Sequence record: GU323224.1
Direction: 5' to 3' (one strand)
Length of the DNA stretch: 32,000 nucleotides
How positions within the stretch are numbered: position 1 is the first letter of the stretch; each line of letters starts with the position of its first letter. The notes below the pieces were generated by a model. That model saw nothing but the letters and a program-made list of their open reading frames with translations, had not been told where the DNA came from and searched no databases. Below, one piece after another: positions 19,070 to 28,511 of this stretch. Made by a program: the position numbers and the translations under genes.

Positions 19070-19468
19070 GTGGTCACAGATAGTATTGCAGATATGTTAA
19101 CACGCATACGAAATGCGAATATGGTGAAACATCAAATTGTTGAAATACCAGCAACAAAAATGTCAAGAGCAATAGCAATAATTCTTAAAAATGAAGGATT
19201 TATTGAAAATTTTGAAATTTATAATGAAAATATCTCTCAGTACCTTCTTCTTTCGTTAAAATATAAAGGTCAATCTCGTGAAAGGGTTATAACTAAAATT
19301 AAACGCATTAGTAAACCTGGTTTACGCGTTTATGCTAATTCCAAAACTTTACCTCGTGTTTTAGATGGATTAGGAATTGCTATCCTTTCAACCTCAAAAG
19401 GAGTAATGACCAATACTCAAGCAAAAGAGCTTGGAGTTGGGGGTGAAGTTTTATGTTATATTTGGTAA
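19070..19468 (+). CDS. rps8: 30S ribosomal protein S8 (GTG start)
   Basis: AAGGAG at 19058..19063, then GTG 19070. (M)[15 protein letters not shown]... is the uS8 start. Confidence 0.95.
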   Translation: MVTDSIADMLTRIRNANMVKHQIVEIPATKMSRAIAIILKNEGFIENFEIYNENISQYLLLSLKYKGQSRERVITKIKRISKPGLRVYANSKTLPRVLDGLGIAILSTSKGVMTNTQAKELGVGGEVLCYIW

Positions 19469-19486
19469 TTGGAGTAAATTTATAAT

Positions 19487-20023
19487 ATGTCACGAATAGG
19501 AAAATTACCAGTTAAATTACCTGCATCTGTAGATGTTACAAATGATAATTCACTTTTAACAATAAAAGGAAAATTTGGAACATTAGAAAAAACAATTCCG
19601 GAAATTTTTGTAGTTGAACAGAGCAATGGTACTTTAATTGTACGTTTAGAAAATCAAACAAGAACAAATAAAGCTTTACACGGCTTATACCGAACATTGA
19701 TAAATAATATGGTCATAGGTGTTTCTGAACAATTTCTTAAAACTCTTATGTTACAAGGGGTTGGTTATCGAGCAAGTGTACAAGGAAAAACCCTTGTTTT
19801 AAATTTAGGTTTTAGTCATCCTGTTAATATTGATATTCCGGAGGCTATAAATGTTGAAGTTGTTCAAAATACAACTATTAATATAAAAGCTTGTGATAAA
19901 GAGCAATTAGGCTTATTTGCTGCACAAGTTAGATCGTGGCGTCCACCTGAACCGTATAAAGGAAAAGGAATACTTTACAAAGACGAACAAATCTTACGTA
20001 AAGCTGGAAAATCAGGTAAATAA
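19487..20023 (+). CDS. rpl6: 50S ribosomal protein L6
   Basis: 178 aa. MSRIGKLPVKLP... and ...GVGYRA...G..L.L.LGFSHP... are uL6. Confidence 0.96.
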   Translation: MSRIGKLPVKLPASVDVTNDNSLLTIKGKFGTLEKTIPEIFVVEQSNGTLIVRLENQTRTNKALHGLYRTLINNMVIGVSEQFLKTLMLQGVGYRASVQGKTLVLNLGFSHPVNIDIPEAINVEVVQNTTINIKACDKEQLGLFAAQVRSWRPPEPYKGKGILYKDEQILRKAGKSGK

Positions 20024-20054
20024 GAAAAATTACTAACTTTTAAAAAAGTATATT

Positions 20055-20462
20055 ATGAAATTTTCAAAAAGAGTTTTATTAAGACTTAAAAATAAAAATA
20101 AAAAATTAAAGCCTGATAAATATAAAAAGTTGAAACGTGAAAGTGTAAGAGGGTTAATAAAAGGCACAATCGAAAGACCCCGCTTATCTGTGTTTCGGTC
20201 TAACGAAAATATTTATGCTCAAATTATAGATGATAGTACAGCTAAAACACTTGTTTCTTGTTCAACTTTAGATCGCGATATTAAACTTAATAGTCAAAAT
20301 GGACGAACATGCGATGCGTCTAGACTTATGGGACAAAAATTAGCAGAATTAAGTAAAAAGAAGAATATAACGAAAATTGTTTTTGATCGCGGGCCATATT
20401 TATATCATGGTCGAATAAAAGCTTTAGCAGATGGTGCTCGAGCTGGTGGTCTACAATTTTAA
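20055..20462 (+). CDS. rpl18: 50S ribosomal protein L18 with N-terminal extension (135 aa)
   Basis: ...[21 protein letters not shown]... and ...[22 protein letters not shown] are uL18. Confidence 0.94.
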   Translation: MKFSKRVLLRLKNKNKKLKPDKYKKLKRESVRGLIKGTIERPRLSVFRSNENIYAQIIDDSTAKTLVSCSTLDRDIKLNSQNGRTCDASRLMGQKLAELSKKKNITKIVFDRGPYLYHGRIKALADGARAGGLQF

Positions 20463-20488
20463 CGAATAAATAAAAACTAAAAAATTTT

Positions 20489-21019
20489 ATGAGTACCAAG
20501 TTAAAACAAGTTAATAAATTAAAAAAAGCGCCGCATCGTAATGACAATTTAAATGATGTTAAATTTGTTGAACGATTAATTAAAATTAGTCGCGTAACAA
20601 AAGTAACAAAAGGGGGTAAAAAATTAAGTTTCCGGGCAGTTGTTGTAATAGGGGATGAAAATGGCCAGGTGGGAGTTGGGGTTGGTAAAGCTGAAGATGT
20701 TGTTAATGCTTTTAAAAAAGCAAAAACTGATGGAAGAAAAAATTTAATTCAAGTTCCAATAACAAAAGCATTAAGTATACCACATGGGGTTGTTGGTGAT
20801 AAAGGAGCTTGTAAAATTATTATGCGACCTTCAATTGAAGGCTCTGGAGTAATAGCTGGGGGTGCGGTTCGAACTGTGTTAGAAGTCGCCGGAATTAAAA
20901 ATGTAATTGCGAAACAATTAGGATCAGATAATTTATTGAATAATGCTCGTGCTGCGATTGTTGGATTAGAAAGTTTAACGACTAAAGCTCAAGTATTAAA
21001 AAAACGTGACTTAAGTTAA
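20489..21019 (+). CDS. rps5: 30S ribosomal protein S5
   Basis: 176 aa. ...RV.KV.KGGK...FRA.VV.GD..G.VG.G.GKA..V..A..KA... is uS5. Confidence 0.96.
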   Translation: MSTKLKQVNKLKKAPHRNDNLNDVKFVERLIKISRVTKVTKGGKKLSFRAVVVIGDENGQVGVGVGKAEDVVNAFKKAKTDGRKNLIQVPITKALSIPHGVVGDKGACKIIMRPSIEGSGVIAGGAVRTVLEVAGIKNVIAKQLGSDNLLNNARAAIVGLESLTTKAQVLKKRDLS

Positions 21020-21074
21020 AAACACAAAGTCAAATGAATACCAATATTTAAATTTTACATTACTAAAAATAAAA

Positions 21075-22325
21075 ATGAAAAAGACAGACGATATTTTATT
21101 AAAACGTCTTTTATTAAGTGTTGGAATACTTCTCTTTATTCGCATGGGAACATTTCTTCCAATTCCCGGTATTAATCATGGACACTTGGCTTTCTATATT
21201 CAACAACACCCACTGACAAAAAATTTAGTAAGTACTTTTTCAGGAAATGATACATTTGTAATTGGATTATTTACATTAAATATTTTTCCTTATATAAATG
21301 CTTCTATTATGGTTCAGTTGATAACAGGTTTAATACCAAGTATTTCTAAACTTCAAAAAGAAGGAGGTGGTGAAGGTCGACGTGCTATTACAAGATTAAC
21401 TCGTTTAATCACATTAGGGTGGGCGTTAATTCAAAGTTCAAGTATTGCTTTTTACTTAAAACGTGCATTATTTGATTGGAGTCCATTACTAGCTTTTGAA
21501 ATAGTACTTTGGCTAACCACAGGAGCTATGATTGTTTTATGGTTAAGTGAAGTAATTACAGAATATGGATTAGGTAATGGTGCATCTCTTTTAATTTATA
21601 CAAATATTATTTCAAGTTTGCCAAACTTAGGTAAAAAATTAATAAGCGAAAATACTAATAATTTAACTACGTTATCCACTATTAGTATTGGTCTATTATT
21701 CTTTATCGCTATTGCAGGTATTATTACATTACAAGAAAGTGCACGAATTGTTCCCTTAATTTCTTCAAAACAATTAGGCCAAAGTCAATCTTTTGTCTCT
21801 TCAGCCAAATCAAATAATTATATTCCTTTACGGTTTAATCAAGCAGGTGTTATGCCAATTATATTAACAACTGCAATTCTCGTTTTACCAAATTATATTA
21901 TTAATTTAGGTGTATTTCCATTATTAACTCTTCCTATATTTTTAAAATCATCAAAAATTATTTATTGGATTAGTTACTTTGCATTAATTTTAATCTTTAG
22001 TTCATTTTATTCAACTATTGTTTTAAATCCGAAAGATATTTCTCAAGAATTGCAAAAGATGGCAGTAAGTATACCTGGTGTAAGACCAGGATTAGCTACT
22101 ACATTTTACTTAAAACAAGTTATGAAACGTGTAACGTTTTTTGGTGCTATTATTCTAGCAATATTAGCTACTCTTCCTAATATTATAGAAGGAATTTTAA
22201 ATGTTTCAAGTTTTAATGGTTTAGGTACAACTTCATTATTGATTTTAGTCGGTGTTGTTCTTGACATTTCACGTGAAATGAAAAGTATTATACTTTCTAA
22301 TATTTATAATGAAAAATTTGATTAA
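21075..22325 (+). CDS. secY: Preprotein translocase subunit SecY
   Basis: 416 aa, multi-pass hydrophobic. ...IPGIN..., ...GNGASLLI..., ...RFNQAGVMPII... In the conserved position after rps5. Confidence 0.95.
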   Translation: MKKTDDILLKRLLLSVGILLFIRMGTFLPIPGINHGHLAFYIQQHPLTKNLVSTFSGNDTFVIGLFTLNIFPYINASIMVQLITGLIPSISKLQKEGGGEGRRAITRLTRLITLGWALIQSSSIAFYLKRALFDWSPLLAFEIVLWLTTGAMIVLWLSEVITEYGLGNGASLLIYTNIISSLPNLGKKLISENTNNLTTLSTISIGLLFFIAIAGIITLQESARIVPLISSKQLGQSQSFVSSAKSNNYIPLRFNQAGVMPIILTTAILVLPNYIINLGVFPLLTLPIFLKSSKIIYWISYFALILIFSSFYSTIVLNPKDISQELQKMAVSIPGVRPGLATTFYLKQVMKRVTFFGAIILAILATLPNIIEGILNVSSFNGLGTTSLLILVGVVLDISREMKSIILSNIYNEKFD

Positions 22326-22370
22326 AACAAATAAAAATTTATTTATTAATTTAATATTTATAACGTTATA

Positions 22371-22484
22371 ATGAAAGTTCGTCCTTCAGTTAAAAAGATG
22401 TGTGATAAGTGTCGAGTAATTAAAAGACATGGTAAAATTATGGTAATTTGCAAAAATCCAAAACATAAACAACGACAAGGTTAA
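22371..22484 (+). CDS. rpl36: 50S ribosomal protein L36
   Basis: Hand-translated 37 aa [37 protein letters not shown], the canonical bL36. Too short for the ORF track. Confidence 0.95.
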   Translation: MKVRPSVKKMCDKCRVIKRHGKIMVICKNPKHKQRQG

Positions 22485-22505
22485 TATATAAAAGGAGTTA
22501 AATAA

Positions 22506-22877
22506 GTGGTAAGATTACTAGGTATCGATTTGCCAAAAAATAAACGAATTGAATATGCCCTGACATATATTCATGGAATTGGGCTTACATCTGCAAAAAA
22601 AATTGTAAAATTAGCAGAAATTAATCCTGAAACTAGAACTAATGAGATTACAGTAGAACAATCTGTAGCATTAAGAAATATTCTAGAAAACTTTGAGCTA
22701 AAACTGGAAGGTGATTTACGTCGTTTTAATGGATTAAATATAAAACGATTAAATGAAATAAATTGTCACCGAGGAAAAAGACACCGAAATAGTTTACCTG
22801 TTCGAGGACAACGAACAAGAACAAATGCTCGTTCACGACGAGGATCAAAAAAGACTGTTACTGGTAAGAAAAAATAA
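22506..22877 (+). CDS. rps13: 30S ribosomal protein S13 (GTG start)
   Basis: AAAGGAG at 22491..22497, GTG at 22506. (M)VRLLGIDLPKNKRIEYALTYI.GIG... is uS13. Confidence 0.95.
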   Translation: MVRLLGIDLPKNKRIEYALTYIHGIGLTSAKKIVKLAEINPETRTNEITVEQSVALRNILENFELKLEGDLRRFNGLNIKRLNEINCHRGKRHRNSLPVRGQRTRTNARSRRGSKKTVTGKKK

Positions 22878-22922
22878 TATTCTTTTGTTGGCAGTTTTAC
22901 TAATTAAAAATATTACTTTACT

Positions 22923-23315
22923 ATGGCACAAAAAACTCGAAAACCAGCAATAAAAAAAAATAGAACAAATCTTGGAACTGGAGTTGTTCATATTCAATCA
23001 ACATTTAATAATACAATTGTTACAATTACCAACATAACAGGAGATACAATATCATGGGCATCTTCAGGTAGTTCTGGATTCAAAGGTGCACGGAAAGGTA
23101 CACCATTTGCTGCTCAAACAGCCGCAGAAAAAGCAGCTTTAGATGCATTAAGTTTAGGTATAAAAACTGTTGAAATTTTAGTAAAAGGTTCAGGTTCAGG
23201 TCGAGAAACAGCTATTCGTTCTATTGAAGGAGCAGGTTTAGAGATCCTTTCAATACAAGATATAACGCCAGTACCACATAATGGATGTCGACCAAGAAAA
23301 CGCCGACGTGTATAA
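22923..23315 (+). CDS. rps11: 30S ribosomal protein S11
   Basis: 130 aa. ...[14 protein letters not shown]...GDTISW.S.G..GFKGARK.TPFAAQ.AAE... is uS11. Confidence 0.97.
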   Translation: MAQKTRKPAIKKNRTNLGTGVVHIQSTFNNTIVTITNITGDTISWASSGSSGFKGARKGTPFAAQTAAEKAALDALSLGIKTVEILVKGSGSGRETAIRSIEGAGLEILSIQDITPVPHNGCRPRKRRRV

Positions 23316-23344
23316 GTCTATTTATTTATAAAAATAAATAAATT

Positions 23345-24343
23345 ATGAATTCCACAAAAGATTTTATCAATAGTTCTAATTTATCTTTAAAATCAAGTAA
23401 GATGAAACAATACACAATTCAATGTTTAAAATCAGAAACAATTGACTCAGGTGCGATGTATGGACAATTTTTAATTGATTCACTAAATTCAGGTCAAGGA
23501 ATAACAAATGGGAATTTATTAAGACGAGTTTTATTAGGTGATCTAGAAGGAATAGCAATTACTGGTGTTAGAATTGCTGGAGTAAAAGATGAATTTTCAT
23601 TAATTCCAGGTGTTCGTGAGGATATTCTTGAAATTTTATTAAACTTGAAAGGAGTCATTTTAAAATCAAATATCGTTACTCGACAATTTGGACGATTACG
23701 AATACAAGGACCAGCTGTTATTACCGCAAGTTCAATACAGTTACCACCAGAAATAGAAACTATTAATCCAAATCATTATATTGCAACTATTTCAACTTCA
23801 GATATAGTTGAAATTGAATTTAAAATTGAATCTGGAAGACAGTATCGACTAGCAAATGAACTTTTCTCTGATAAATTTGAAGATTTTATCGAAACAGATG
23901 CAATTTTTATGCCTGTTCAAAAGGTAGATTTTAAAGTCGAAAACGTTTATGATAATTCTAATAATATCAAAGAACGTTTATTTCTTGATGTTTGGACAAA
24001 TGGTAGTATAGCACCACAAGACGCAATTATTTCTGCATCAAATTCAATTATTGCATTTTTTCAATCTATTAGTGAACAGAAAGTTAAAAATGCATTAGAA
24101 AAAGAAAATATAATAGAAAAAAACCAGGTAAAACCTATAGATCCTTACATTCATATTGCAATTGAAGAGTTGCAATTATCTGTACGGCCCTATAATTGCC
24201 TAAAAAGAGCTCGAATCAATACAATTGGAGATTTATTAGAATATTCTCCAGAAAAACTTTTAGAATTAAAAAATTTTGGTCGAAAATCGGCCGACGAAGT
24301 TTTTGCTACTCTTAAAAATAAACTAGGGATAGTTTTAAAATAA
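23345..24343 (+). CDS. rpoA: DNA-directed RNA polymerase alpha subunit (possible alternative start at 23402)
   Basis: 332 aa. ...YGQF.I..L..GQG.T.GN.LRR.LL... N-terminal domain and C-terminal ...LSVR..NCLKRA.I.TIGDLL... helix-hairpin-helix. Confidence 0.94.
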   Translation: MNSTKDFINSSNLSLKSSKMKQYTIQCLKSETIDSGAMYGQFLIDSLNSGQGITNGNLLRRVLLGDLEGIAITGVRIAGVKDEFSLIPGVREDILEILLNLKGVILKSNIVTRQFGRLRIQGPAVITASSIQLPPEIETINPNHYIATISTSDIVEIEFKIESGRQYRLANELFSDKFEDFIETDAIFMPVQKVDFKVENVYDNSNNIKERLFLDVWTNGSIAPQDAIISASNSIIAFFQSISEQKVKNALEKENIIEKNQVKPIDPYIHIAIEELQLSVRPYNCLKRARINTIGDLLEYSPEKLLELKNFGRKSADEVFATLKNKLGIVLK

Positions 24344-24366
24344 TTACTTAGTGTACATTTAATTTT

Positions 24367-24783
24367 ATGAATAAAACATTTATTCCATCTACAAATTATA
24401 ATAAAAGAAAATGGTATGTCATTGATTGTAAAGATAAACAATTAGGACGATTAGCCTCGAGCATTGTACCATTATTAACAGGTAAAACAAAATCTATTTA
24501 TCATCCATCACTAGATGTTGGTGATTACGTAATTTTAATTAATAGTGAAGAATTAAAAATTGACCGTGATGTAGAACGATTCCATGTCTACGAGCCAGGT
24601 CGGCCTGGTAGTTCATTAAAACGATTAGTAAATATTTTACCAAAACGAATTATTGAAAACTGTGTTTTTAATATGTTACCAAATGGATTTCCAAAGAAAC
24701 ATTTAGTAAAACGATTAAAAGTTTATCAAGGAGCTGTACATCCACATGCAGCACAAGATCCAAAAGTTTTAGAAATAATTTAA
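24367..24783 (+). CDS. rpl13: 50S ribosomal protein L13
   Basis: 138 aa. ...KWYVIDCKD..LGRLAS.I...L.GK.K..YHPS.D.GDYVI.IN... is uL13. Confidence 0.95.
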   Translation: MNKTFIPSTNYNKRKWYVIDCKDKQLGRLASSIVPLLTGKTKSIYHPSLDVGDYVILINSEELKIDRDVERFHVYEPGRPGSSLKRLVNILPKRIIENCVFNMLPNGFPKKHLVKRLKVYQGAVHPHAAQDPKVLEII

Positions 24784-24810
24784 ATTTTACTTAATCAATT
24801 AAAAATATTT

Positions 24811-25215
24811 ATGAATACAATTTTTCAAAAAGATAAAATTGGACTTGGGAAAAGAAAACGTGCAGTTGCACGAGTTTTTCTTGTTCCTGGAGATGGAAAA
24901 ATAACAATTAATAAAACCCCTGGTGCAAAATACTTACAATATAATACAAATTATTTAAATTCTATTTGGGCACCTTTAGAAAAATTAAATTTAAAAACTC
25001 AATTTGACATTGTTGCAATTGTAAAAGGTGGTGGTTTAACTGGTCAAACTGACGCTATTAAACTTGGTGTTGCACGTTTAATTTGTAAAATGGAAAATGA
25101 AAATCGCTTAGTCTTAAAACCATTTGGATTCTTAAGTCGTGATGCACGAATTAAAGAGCGTAAAAAATATGGTTTACGAAAAGCAAGAAAAGCATCACAA
25201 TATTCAAAACGTTAA
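24811..25215 (+). CDS. rps9: 30S ribosomal protein S9
   Basis: 134 aa. ...GKRK.AVARV.L.PG.GKI.IN... and the C terminus ...RKKYGL.KARKA.QYSKR are uS9. Confidence 0.96.
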   Translation: MNTIFQKDKIGLGKRKRAVARVFLVPGDGKITINKTPGAKYLQYNTNYLNSIWAPLEKLNLKTQFDIVAIVKGGGLTGQTDAIKLGVARLICKMENENRLVLKPFGFLSRDARIKERKKYGLRKARKASQYSKR

Positions 25216-25233
25216 AAAATTTAAAATTATACT

Positions 25234-25452
25234 ATGCCAAAACCTGAAATTCATCCAACATGGTTCCCAGAAGCTACAGTACTGTGTGAGGGGAAAACCC
25301 TTTGTTCGATTGGTTCTACAAAACCGCAGTTACAACTTGATGTTTGGTTAGGAAATCATCCATTTTATACAGATTCACAAACACTTGTCGATAGTGAAGG
25401 ACGTGTAGAACGGTTTATGAAAAAATATGGATTACAAACAAACGACAAGTAA
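25234..25452 (+). CDS. rpl31: 50S ribosomal protein L31
   Basis: 72 aa. MPKPEIHP.W......C.G........ST.P.L.LDVW..NHPFYT is bL31. Confidence 0.93.
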   Translation: MPKPEIHPTWFPEATVLCEGKTLCSIGSTKPQLQLDVWLGNHPFYTDSQTLVDSEGRVERFMKKYGLQTNDK

Positions 25453-25500
25453 TTTACAAATTTACAATAGTTTAAACTTATTTAATTATTTTAAAAATAC

Positions 25501-25875
25501 ATGCCAACTATTCAGCAACTAATTCGTTCAAAGCGAATACAAATTAATAAAAAAACAAAATCACCTGCATTAGTAAATTGTCCCCAACGACGTGGTGTTT
25601 GTACACGAGTTTATACAACAACACCCAAAAAACCCAATTCAGCAATTCGTAAAGTTGCACGTGTTCGATTAACGTCTGGTTTTGAAGTAACTGCTTATAT
25701 TCCAGGTGAAGGTCATAATTTACAAGAACACTCAGTTGTTTTAATTCGTGGTGGACGAGTAAAAGATTTACCAGGTGTACGTTATCATATTGTTCGAGGT
25801 GCATTAGATAGTGGAGGTGTTAAAGATCGAACACAAAGAAGATCAAAATATGGAGTTAAAAAACCAAAAAGTTAA
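25501..25875 (+). CDS. rps12: 30S ribosomal protein S12
   Basis: 124 aa. MPTIQQLIR... and ...[54 protein letters not shown]... are uS12. Confidence 0.98.
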   Translation: MPTIQQLIRSKRIQINKKTKSPALVNCPQRRGVCTRVYTTTPKKPNSAIRKVARVRLTSGFEVTAYIPGEGHNLQEHSVVLIRGGRVKDLPGVRYHIVRGALDSGGVKDRTQRRSKYGVKKPKS

Positions 25876-25942
25876 ATACTAATTTAAAAAATTAAAATTA
25901 GTATTTACTAAAAACTATTTATTAAATAAAAAAGTTATTAGT

Positions 25943-26413
25943 ATGTCACGTCGAAATATTTCAAAAAAACGATTCCCTAAAGCCGATCCGACTTATAATA
26001 GTTATTTAGTTAGTTTATTAGTAACTAGAATTTTAAAATCTGGCAAGAAAAATTTAGCTCAAAATATTGTAAATGGCGCTTTCGAAATTATAAAATCAAA
26101 GACAAATGAAGACCCTTTAGTAATTTTTGAAAAAGCAATTCGAAATGCTAGTCCAGTTGTAGAAGTAAAAGCAAGAAGAATTGGTGGTTCTACGTATCAA
26201 GTTCCTATTGAAGTAAGTAGTTTCCGTGCAACAAATTTGGCTTTACGTTGGATTATTCAATATTCAAAACAAAGAGTAGGAAGAACAATGTCAAGTAAAT
26301 TAGCAAGTGAAATTATTGACACAGCTAATGATATCGGTAATACTATAAAGAAAAAAGAAGAAACTCATAAAATGGCAGATGCAAATAAAGCATTTGCGCA
26401 TTTCCGTTATTAA
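25943..26413 (+). CDS. rps7: 30S ribosomal protein S7
   Basis: 156 aa. MSRR......DP.Y.S.LV..L......GKK.LA..I... and ...[19 protein letters not shown]... are uS7. Confidence 0.96.
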   Translation: MSRRNISKKRFPKADPTYNSYLVSLLVTRILKSGKKNLAQNIVNGAFEIIKSKTNEDPLVIFEKAIRNASPVVEVKARRIGGSTYQVPIEVSSFRATNLALRWIIQYSKQRVGRTMSSKLASEIIDTANDIGNTIKKKEETHKMADANKAFAHFRY

Positions 26414-26490
26414 TTTTCGTTAAAATTAATTTCGCTAAAAGCAAAGAGATTTTTATTATAAACATTAAACTTAAAAGGAATTTTTTTAAA

Positions 26491-27720
26491 ATGGCACGTG
26501 AAAAATTTGAACGTACAAAACCGCATGTTAACATTGGAACTATTGGTCACGTTGATCATGGTAAAACAACATTAACAGCCGCTATTACAGCAACTTTATC
26601 ATTAGAAGGGGACTCTGTAGCAAAAGATTATGCTGATATTGATGGTGCACCCGAAGAACGTGCTCGAGGAATTACAATTAATACTGCCCACGTTGAGTAC
26701 GAAACTAAAGATCGTCATTATGCACACGTAGATTGTCCAGGTCACGCAGATTATGTAAAAAATATGATTACAGGTGCTGCTCAAATGGATGGTGCAATTT
26801 TAGTTGTATCTGCTGCTGATGGGCCAATGCCACAAACAAGAGAACATATCTTATTAGCGAAACAAGTTGGTGTACCACATATTGTTGTATTTTTAAATAA
26901 ACAAGATCAAGTAGATGATGACGAATTACTAGAATTAGTAGAATTAGAAGTAAGAGAATTATTATCGGCTTATGATTTCCCAGGTGATGATATTCCAATT
27001 TGTCCAGGTTCAGCTTTACAAGCAATTGAGGCAATTTCTGCAAATCCAAGTATTCAACGTGGCGATAATCCATGGGTTGATAAAATTTATGCATTAATGG
27101 ATTCAGTGGATGCTTATATTCCAACACCCGAACGTGATGTTGAAAAAACATTTTTAATGGCTATTGAGGATGTATTCTCAATTACTGGTCGAGGAACAGT
27201 AGCAACAGGACGAATTGAAAGAGGAGTTGTTAAAGTTGGTGATAATGTTGAGATTGTTGGTGTTGCTGAAACTCAAACAACAACGATTACTGGTATCGAA
27301 ATGTTCCAAAAAACATTAGATGAAGGTTTCGCGGGTGATAATGTGGGTATTTTATTACGTGGTGTTACACGAGAAGATATTGAACGTGGTATGGTGTTAT
27401 CACAACCAGGTACAATTACACCACATACTAACTTTGAATCAGAAGTATATGTATTAACCAAAGAAGAAGGTGGACGTCACACACCGTTCTTTACAGGTTA
27501 CCGTCCACAATTTTATGTACGAACAACTGATGTAACAGGTTCAATTGAACAATTTACAGCTGATGATGGTTCTGTTGTAGAAATGGTAATGCCAGGAGAT
27601 CGTATTAAAATGACTGCAGAATTAATTTATCCAGTTGCAATTGAAGAAGGTATGCGTTTTGCGATTCGTGAAGGTGGCCGAACAATTGGTGCTGGTGTTG
27701 TTTCTAAAATTGTTAAATAA
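26491..27720 (+). CDS. tufA: Elongation factor Tu
   Basis: 409 aa. [22 protein letters not shown] GTPase motifs. Confidence 0.99.
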   Translation: MAREKFERTKPHVNIGTIGHVDHGKTTLTAAITATLSLEGDSVAKDYADIDGAPEERARGITINTAHVEYETKDRHYAHVDCPGHADYVKNMITGAAQMDGAILVVSAADGPMPQTREHILLAKQVGVPHIVVFLNKQDQVDDDELLELVELEVRELLSAYDFPGDDIPICPGSALQAIEAISANPSIQRGDNPWVDKIYALMDSVDAYIPTPERDVEKTFLMAIEDVFSITGRGTVATGRIERGVVKVGDNVEIVGVAETQTTTITGIEMFQKTLDEGFAGDNVGILLRGVTREDIERGMVLSQPGTITPHTNFESEVYVLTKEEGGRHTPFFTGYRPQFYVRTTDVTGSIEQFTADDGSVVEMVMPGDRIKMTAELIYPVAIEEGMRFAIREGGRTIGAGVVSKIVK

Positions 27721-27732
27721 TTGAAAAAATTT

Positions 27733-28056
27733 ATGGAAATAAAATCCAATCAAAAAATTCGTGTAAGGTTAGAATCTTTTAACCGTGAACTTTTGAATAC
27801 ATCAATTCAAAAGATATCAGAAATTATTCGTGATACGGGGGTTTATAAGGCAGGAGTTGCGTCTCTACCAACAGATAAACGAATCTATTGTGTATTACGC
27901 TCACCGCATGTTAATAAAGATTCGCGTGAACATTTTGAAATTCGTACTTATAAACGAATAATAGAAATTTATTACGATGCATCTGTTAATATCTTTGATT
28001 TATTAGTAAAATCTGATTTACCACCAGGAGTATTTTACAGAATATGTATCTCATAA
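27733..28056 (+). CDS. rps10: 30S ribosomal protein S10
   Basis: 107 aa from ATG 27733 (MEIKSNQKIRVRLESF...LPT....YCVLRSPHV.KDSREHFE.R...R.I.I). The ORF-track start at 27721 is a TTG abutting the tufA stop. In the conserved position after tufA. Confidence 0.9.
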   Translation: MEIKSNQKIRVRLESFNRELLNTSIQKISEIIRDTGVYKAGVASLPTDKRIYCVLRSPHVNKDSREHFEIRTYKRIIEIYYDASVNIFDLLVKSDLPPGVFYRICIS

Positions 28057-28109
28057 AATTTAACTAAATAATCGAATTTTATTTGATTATTTAATTAAAT
28101 TAACAATCT

Positions 28110-28147
28110 AGAAAAATATGAATGTAGAAATGCATTCATATTCTTCT
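28110..28147. terminator. IR-B copy of the boundary stem-loop, here 3' of rps10
   Basis: Mirror of 3942..3979. It begins 54 nt after the rps10 stop. Confidence 0.5.
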
Positions 28148-28194
28148 TTAGGTTGAATTCGTAGAAATAATTATTTTTACGAATTCTTTTGAAA

Positions 28195-28278
28195 TTAATC
28201 CACAAAGAATCTTCCGATTAACTCTACAGTTAATGCGCCACAGAAAAAAATTAAGGCAAACGTAAGCGGAGTGACCAC
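28195..28278 (-). CDS. IR-B copy of the candidate 27-codon hydrophobic ORF
   Basis: Mirror of 3811..3894. Confidence 0.25.
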   Translation of the reverse strand: MVTPLTFALIFFCGALTVELIGRFFVD

Positions 28279-28511
28279 ACCACCTCCTTGATCTTTTAGC
28301 GTTTGATTCTTGGCTTTACCCCATACAATCCAAGTTGTTATTCTAAAAAATCTAAAATAAGTCAAATTCTTCAATAGAATTTTTCTTTTAAATTAAATAA
28401 ATAAGTAAAACAATTGGAAAAATTTATTAATATATAAATTATTTCCAATTGTTTTAAAAACTAAACTAAAATATGCTCATACACATACTTACTTCTTCTA
28501 TTTTTACATCA

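Noticed and set aside
25139-25351. 70-aa ORF spanning the rps9 3' end and the rpl31 5' end
   Set aside because: It is out of frame with two conserved genes that fully explain the region.
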